This document shows, one piece after another, positions 61,424-64,000 of a stretch of 64,000 bases of DNA (its first letter is position 1; each line of letters begins with the position of its first letter). The position numbers were made by a program, and so were the translations under genes. A model generated the notes under the pieces. That model did no database searches. It was not told where the DNA came from and saw only the letters and a program-made list of their open reading frames with translations. Location of the stretch: NCBI GenBank assembly GCA_965203275.1, contig OZ241865.1, forward strand, positions 1,664,001-1,728,000, given 5' to 3'. This DNA comes from Bdellovibrionales bacterium (GTDB lineage: Bacteria > Bdellovibrionota > Bdellovibrionia > Bdellovibrionales > JAUICD01).

Positions 61424-62209
61424 TGTTTGGTCCTCCTTTTAAATTGGTTTAAATTTTTAAGTTAAATAACAATAAAGTACATACAAGGTTAAAGTCTTAA
61501 TTAAAAGGGCTTTTTCTATGTTTTAGAAATAAACCTTGATAAGATTTGTAATTATATCTTATTTAGGGCCGAAGTCAAGCATTTTTTAAGAATTAAGTAA
61601 AAAAAGCGGATAGGAACATCTTTAAGTAAGTCTGAAAGCCCGGCTTAATCTTTCTAAACCCCTATATTTCCATAGTTTTTTATGAGGCTCAACACAAATA
61701 GGCAACATTATTTTTCATAATCAATAAAGCTTCTGTGAGACGACCTTATAATCATCCACTTTGGCAAAAAGCCAAGTGGATGCCATAAGGGTTTATTAAT
61801 TTAACCAATTAAAAGAAAGGAGCAATATCATGTAGTTTAAACAGAAAAAAGAACCTCCAAAACTTTTTAAAAGCCAAGAAGCAAAATATTATATGATACT
61901 TAACGAAGTGTTTTTTTTGCTATCTTTAGATGGAATAGATCCCCCTTGACTTTCTTGCAGAATATAATGAACACATTTTGAATGAAACAAGAGAGAAGAT
62001 GAAAGAAGTAGCATAATGAAAAATGTTTTTGGAGTTATTGCAGGAATAGCTTTAAAGATAAAGGAGTTTATAGTCAAGTTTAAAAAATAGATAAGGAATT
62101 GGAAAGGGTAAACGATAGAATAGACAGGCACGACAGGAAGTTTGACAAAATCGATGACAAGCTAGAAAAACACGGCGAGAGGCTTAATGCTCTAGATAAA
62201 TAAGATACA

Positions 62210-62713
62210 CTATGGGTTTTGTGTTCCCTGTTCAACTCTCACTGGCTTAAGGCTTTCACTTCCACCGTCCGGTGGAACTACTAATCCGTTAGCACCAGAA
62301 TCACCTTCAACCTGATCAACATCTTGGGGAGCTTGTTTTTTAGCATCAGTAGGAGTTTTCAATTGATCTTTCAAAAGTTCAGGGTTTATTTTTCCATTCT
62401 TAGCTAGAACAATAATAAATAAATTTCTTAGGCTGTCAATTTTGTTGTCTATATTCTCAATTCTGTTTTCCATGCTCTCAATTCTAGTATTTTGAACAGC
62501 AATATCTTCTTTTATATCATCAATCATATAACCTTGAACTGAGAAAAACAAAATAGCAAAGGCTATGAGTATGCCTATGAGTATGCCTATGGTCCATTTG
62601 ATTTGAGTAATGTTGTTGCCTTCTATTTTATTGCTTAGCTTGGCCTCTAGGTTATCTAAGTCAGTTTTAGTCACATAATCATTGTTTTTTTCCATATCAT
62701 TATTTTTTTTCAT
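62210..62713 (-). CDS. Coiled-coil/TM protein (DUF1640/CCDC90-like N-terminus)
   Basis: YVTKTDLDNLEAKL..IKWTIGIL; RBS GGAGG. Confidence 0.6.
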   Translation of the reverse strand: MKKNNDMEKNNDYVTKTDLDNLEAKLSNKIEGNNITQIKWTIGILIGILIAFAILFFSVQGYMIDDIKEDIAVQNTRIESMENRIENIDNKIDSLRNLFIIVLAKNGKINPELLKDQLKTPTDAKKQAPQDVDQVEGDSGANGLVVPPDGGSESLKPVRVEQGTQNP

Positions 62714-62892
62714 ACGTAGCCTCCATATTATAGAATATCACAGAGATTTTAAGAAAGATAGTGGAGCAGAACAAAAAAGCTATGATTTGAGCTAATATTG
62801 GCAAAAAACAAGGTTTCACAACTCCACACTGCATCATAGCCCTGATTTGAAGGTTTATTTTTTTTAATAAGTTTAATGGAGATTTTGTCATT

Positions 62893-63036
62893 GAAGCACA
62901 AAGTTTATACCACAAAAAGCGAGAAAGAATTATTAACGTAGAAGCACAAAGTTTATACCACAAAAAGCGAGAAAGAATTATTAACGTAGAAGCACAAAGT
63001 TTATACCACAAAAAGCGAGAAAGAATTATTAACGTA
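62893..63036 (+). repeat. 48-bp perfect tandem repeat x3
   Basis: Copies at 62893, 62941 and 62989. Confidence 0.95.
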
Positions 63037-63407
63037 TGGTTCTTGCTTCTTCAAATGAAGGAGATACCATCTTAGATCCTTTTGCAGGGAGTGGAACAAC
63101 CTTAAGAGTTTGCCAACAATTAAACAGGATATCTATAAATTTTGAAATCAATCCTGAATATTTTAATATAATAAAACAACGTCTCAAAACCCCATTTCAT
63201 GGTTTTGATAGCATAGACCCTAGAACTCAGAGAATACCAAAAGACTTGAATAGCCCTCAAATAAGACAAAATTACTTAAACTTTCATCAAAAACAATTTC
63301 TACAAAACCATAAAAATTCCTTACCTACATTTAAAAAAGAAGTTGAAAAAATGTATACCCATAAAATGAGCGACACAGAATCTCAACAAATTTTAAATAA
63401 ATCCTGA
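63036..63407 (+). pseudogene. C-terminal remnant of an N4/N6 DNA methyltransferase
   Basis: ASSNEGDTILDPFAGSGTT SAM motif present; the catalytic N-terminal half is missing. Confidence 0.8.
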
Positions 63408-63715
63408 GTTCATAATCCGTCTTGAAAAAAATACTTTACTCACCTTAGCTTTTTATTTACCTTAAAATTCATTGCTCTTAGCTTTTTGTGCCTTAAAGAT
63501 TTTATTTCTTATTTGAAGTTATCCTGTGATTTTGCAAAGACAAAATCTACCACTGACCTTTTAATAAGGCGATCTTAATAAGGTGATCCTGATTTTGAAA
63601 TAAAATAATGGTTGAAAAAGTAAAAAGACTTATTTAAAGTATGGGGTTCAAATCTCAAATCTATGATCTGAGAAAAAATAAAACGCATCAAAGATAATAA
63701 ATGATAAAGGTTTTT

Positions 63716-64000
63716 ATGGGAACAAATGAACTGAGGAATATCATCAAAAGATGTTGCGACTCATTGAGAAGAGATGATGGAATTAGCGGGCCAGTTGAAT
63801 ACACAGAGGCACTTTCATGGCTTCTTTACTTAAAGTTTTTTCAAGATAAGGAAAAAAGAAGGCAAGAGATGGCTACGATCAATAACGAGGAGTATACTTT
63901 TATCTTACCTCCAAAATATCAATGGGATTCTTGGACTTCTGATAAAAAACTCTCTGGTAAAAATTTGATTCAATTCATTGACAATGATTTATTCCCCTAC
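63716..64000 (+). CDS. hsdM: Type I R-M methyltransferase subunit, N-terminus (partial)
   Basis: Not in the ORF track. MGTNELRNIIKRCCDSLRRDDGISGPVEYTEALSWLLYLKF...YQWDSW...LIQFIDNDLFPY, open to the window end. Confidence 0.85.
   Translation, partial: MGTNELRNIIKRCCDSLRRDDGISGPVEYTEALSWLLYLKFFQDKEKRRQEMATINNEEYTFILPPKYQWDSWTSDKKLSGKNLIQFIDNDLFPY

Noticed and set aside
62700..63036. Mini-CRISPR, or the 103-aa minus-strand ORF
   Set aside because: Contiguous tandem copies with no spacers; the ORF is a repeat artefact.

Overview
AT-rich bacterial window, most likely Bdellovibrionota; this is inferred from the Agl-Glt gliding cluster, the type IV pilins and the many secreted ankyrin/TPR proteins. 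Core genes: uppP, an ECF sigma/anti-sigma pair, rnhB-yraN, yebC, lpdA, astB, an SPFH protein and gltD/F/G-aglRQS. Accessory genes: secreted ankyrin proteins and HEXXH peptidases, a poly-C-frameshifted ankyrin-SpoIID lipoprotein, an AlbA/ATPase protein with 38 tetrapeptide repeats, a four-gene defence-like cassette, an interrupted Rpn nuclease and R-M remnants. The most striking signal is non-coding. A ~145-nt element occurs in about 20 near-complete copies plus many fragments, and its nested stems differ in sequence between copies while keeping their base-pairing. These copies are joined through a shared ATGTTAAGGAAA 'hub' to other modules (a GATCCC(A/G) microsatellite hairpin, a ~230-nt structured module, a 38-bp palindrome), forming mosaic intergenic arrays. 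No cognate mobilising enzyme is visible. All family calls come from reading motifs by eye; no database search was run.
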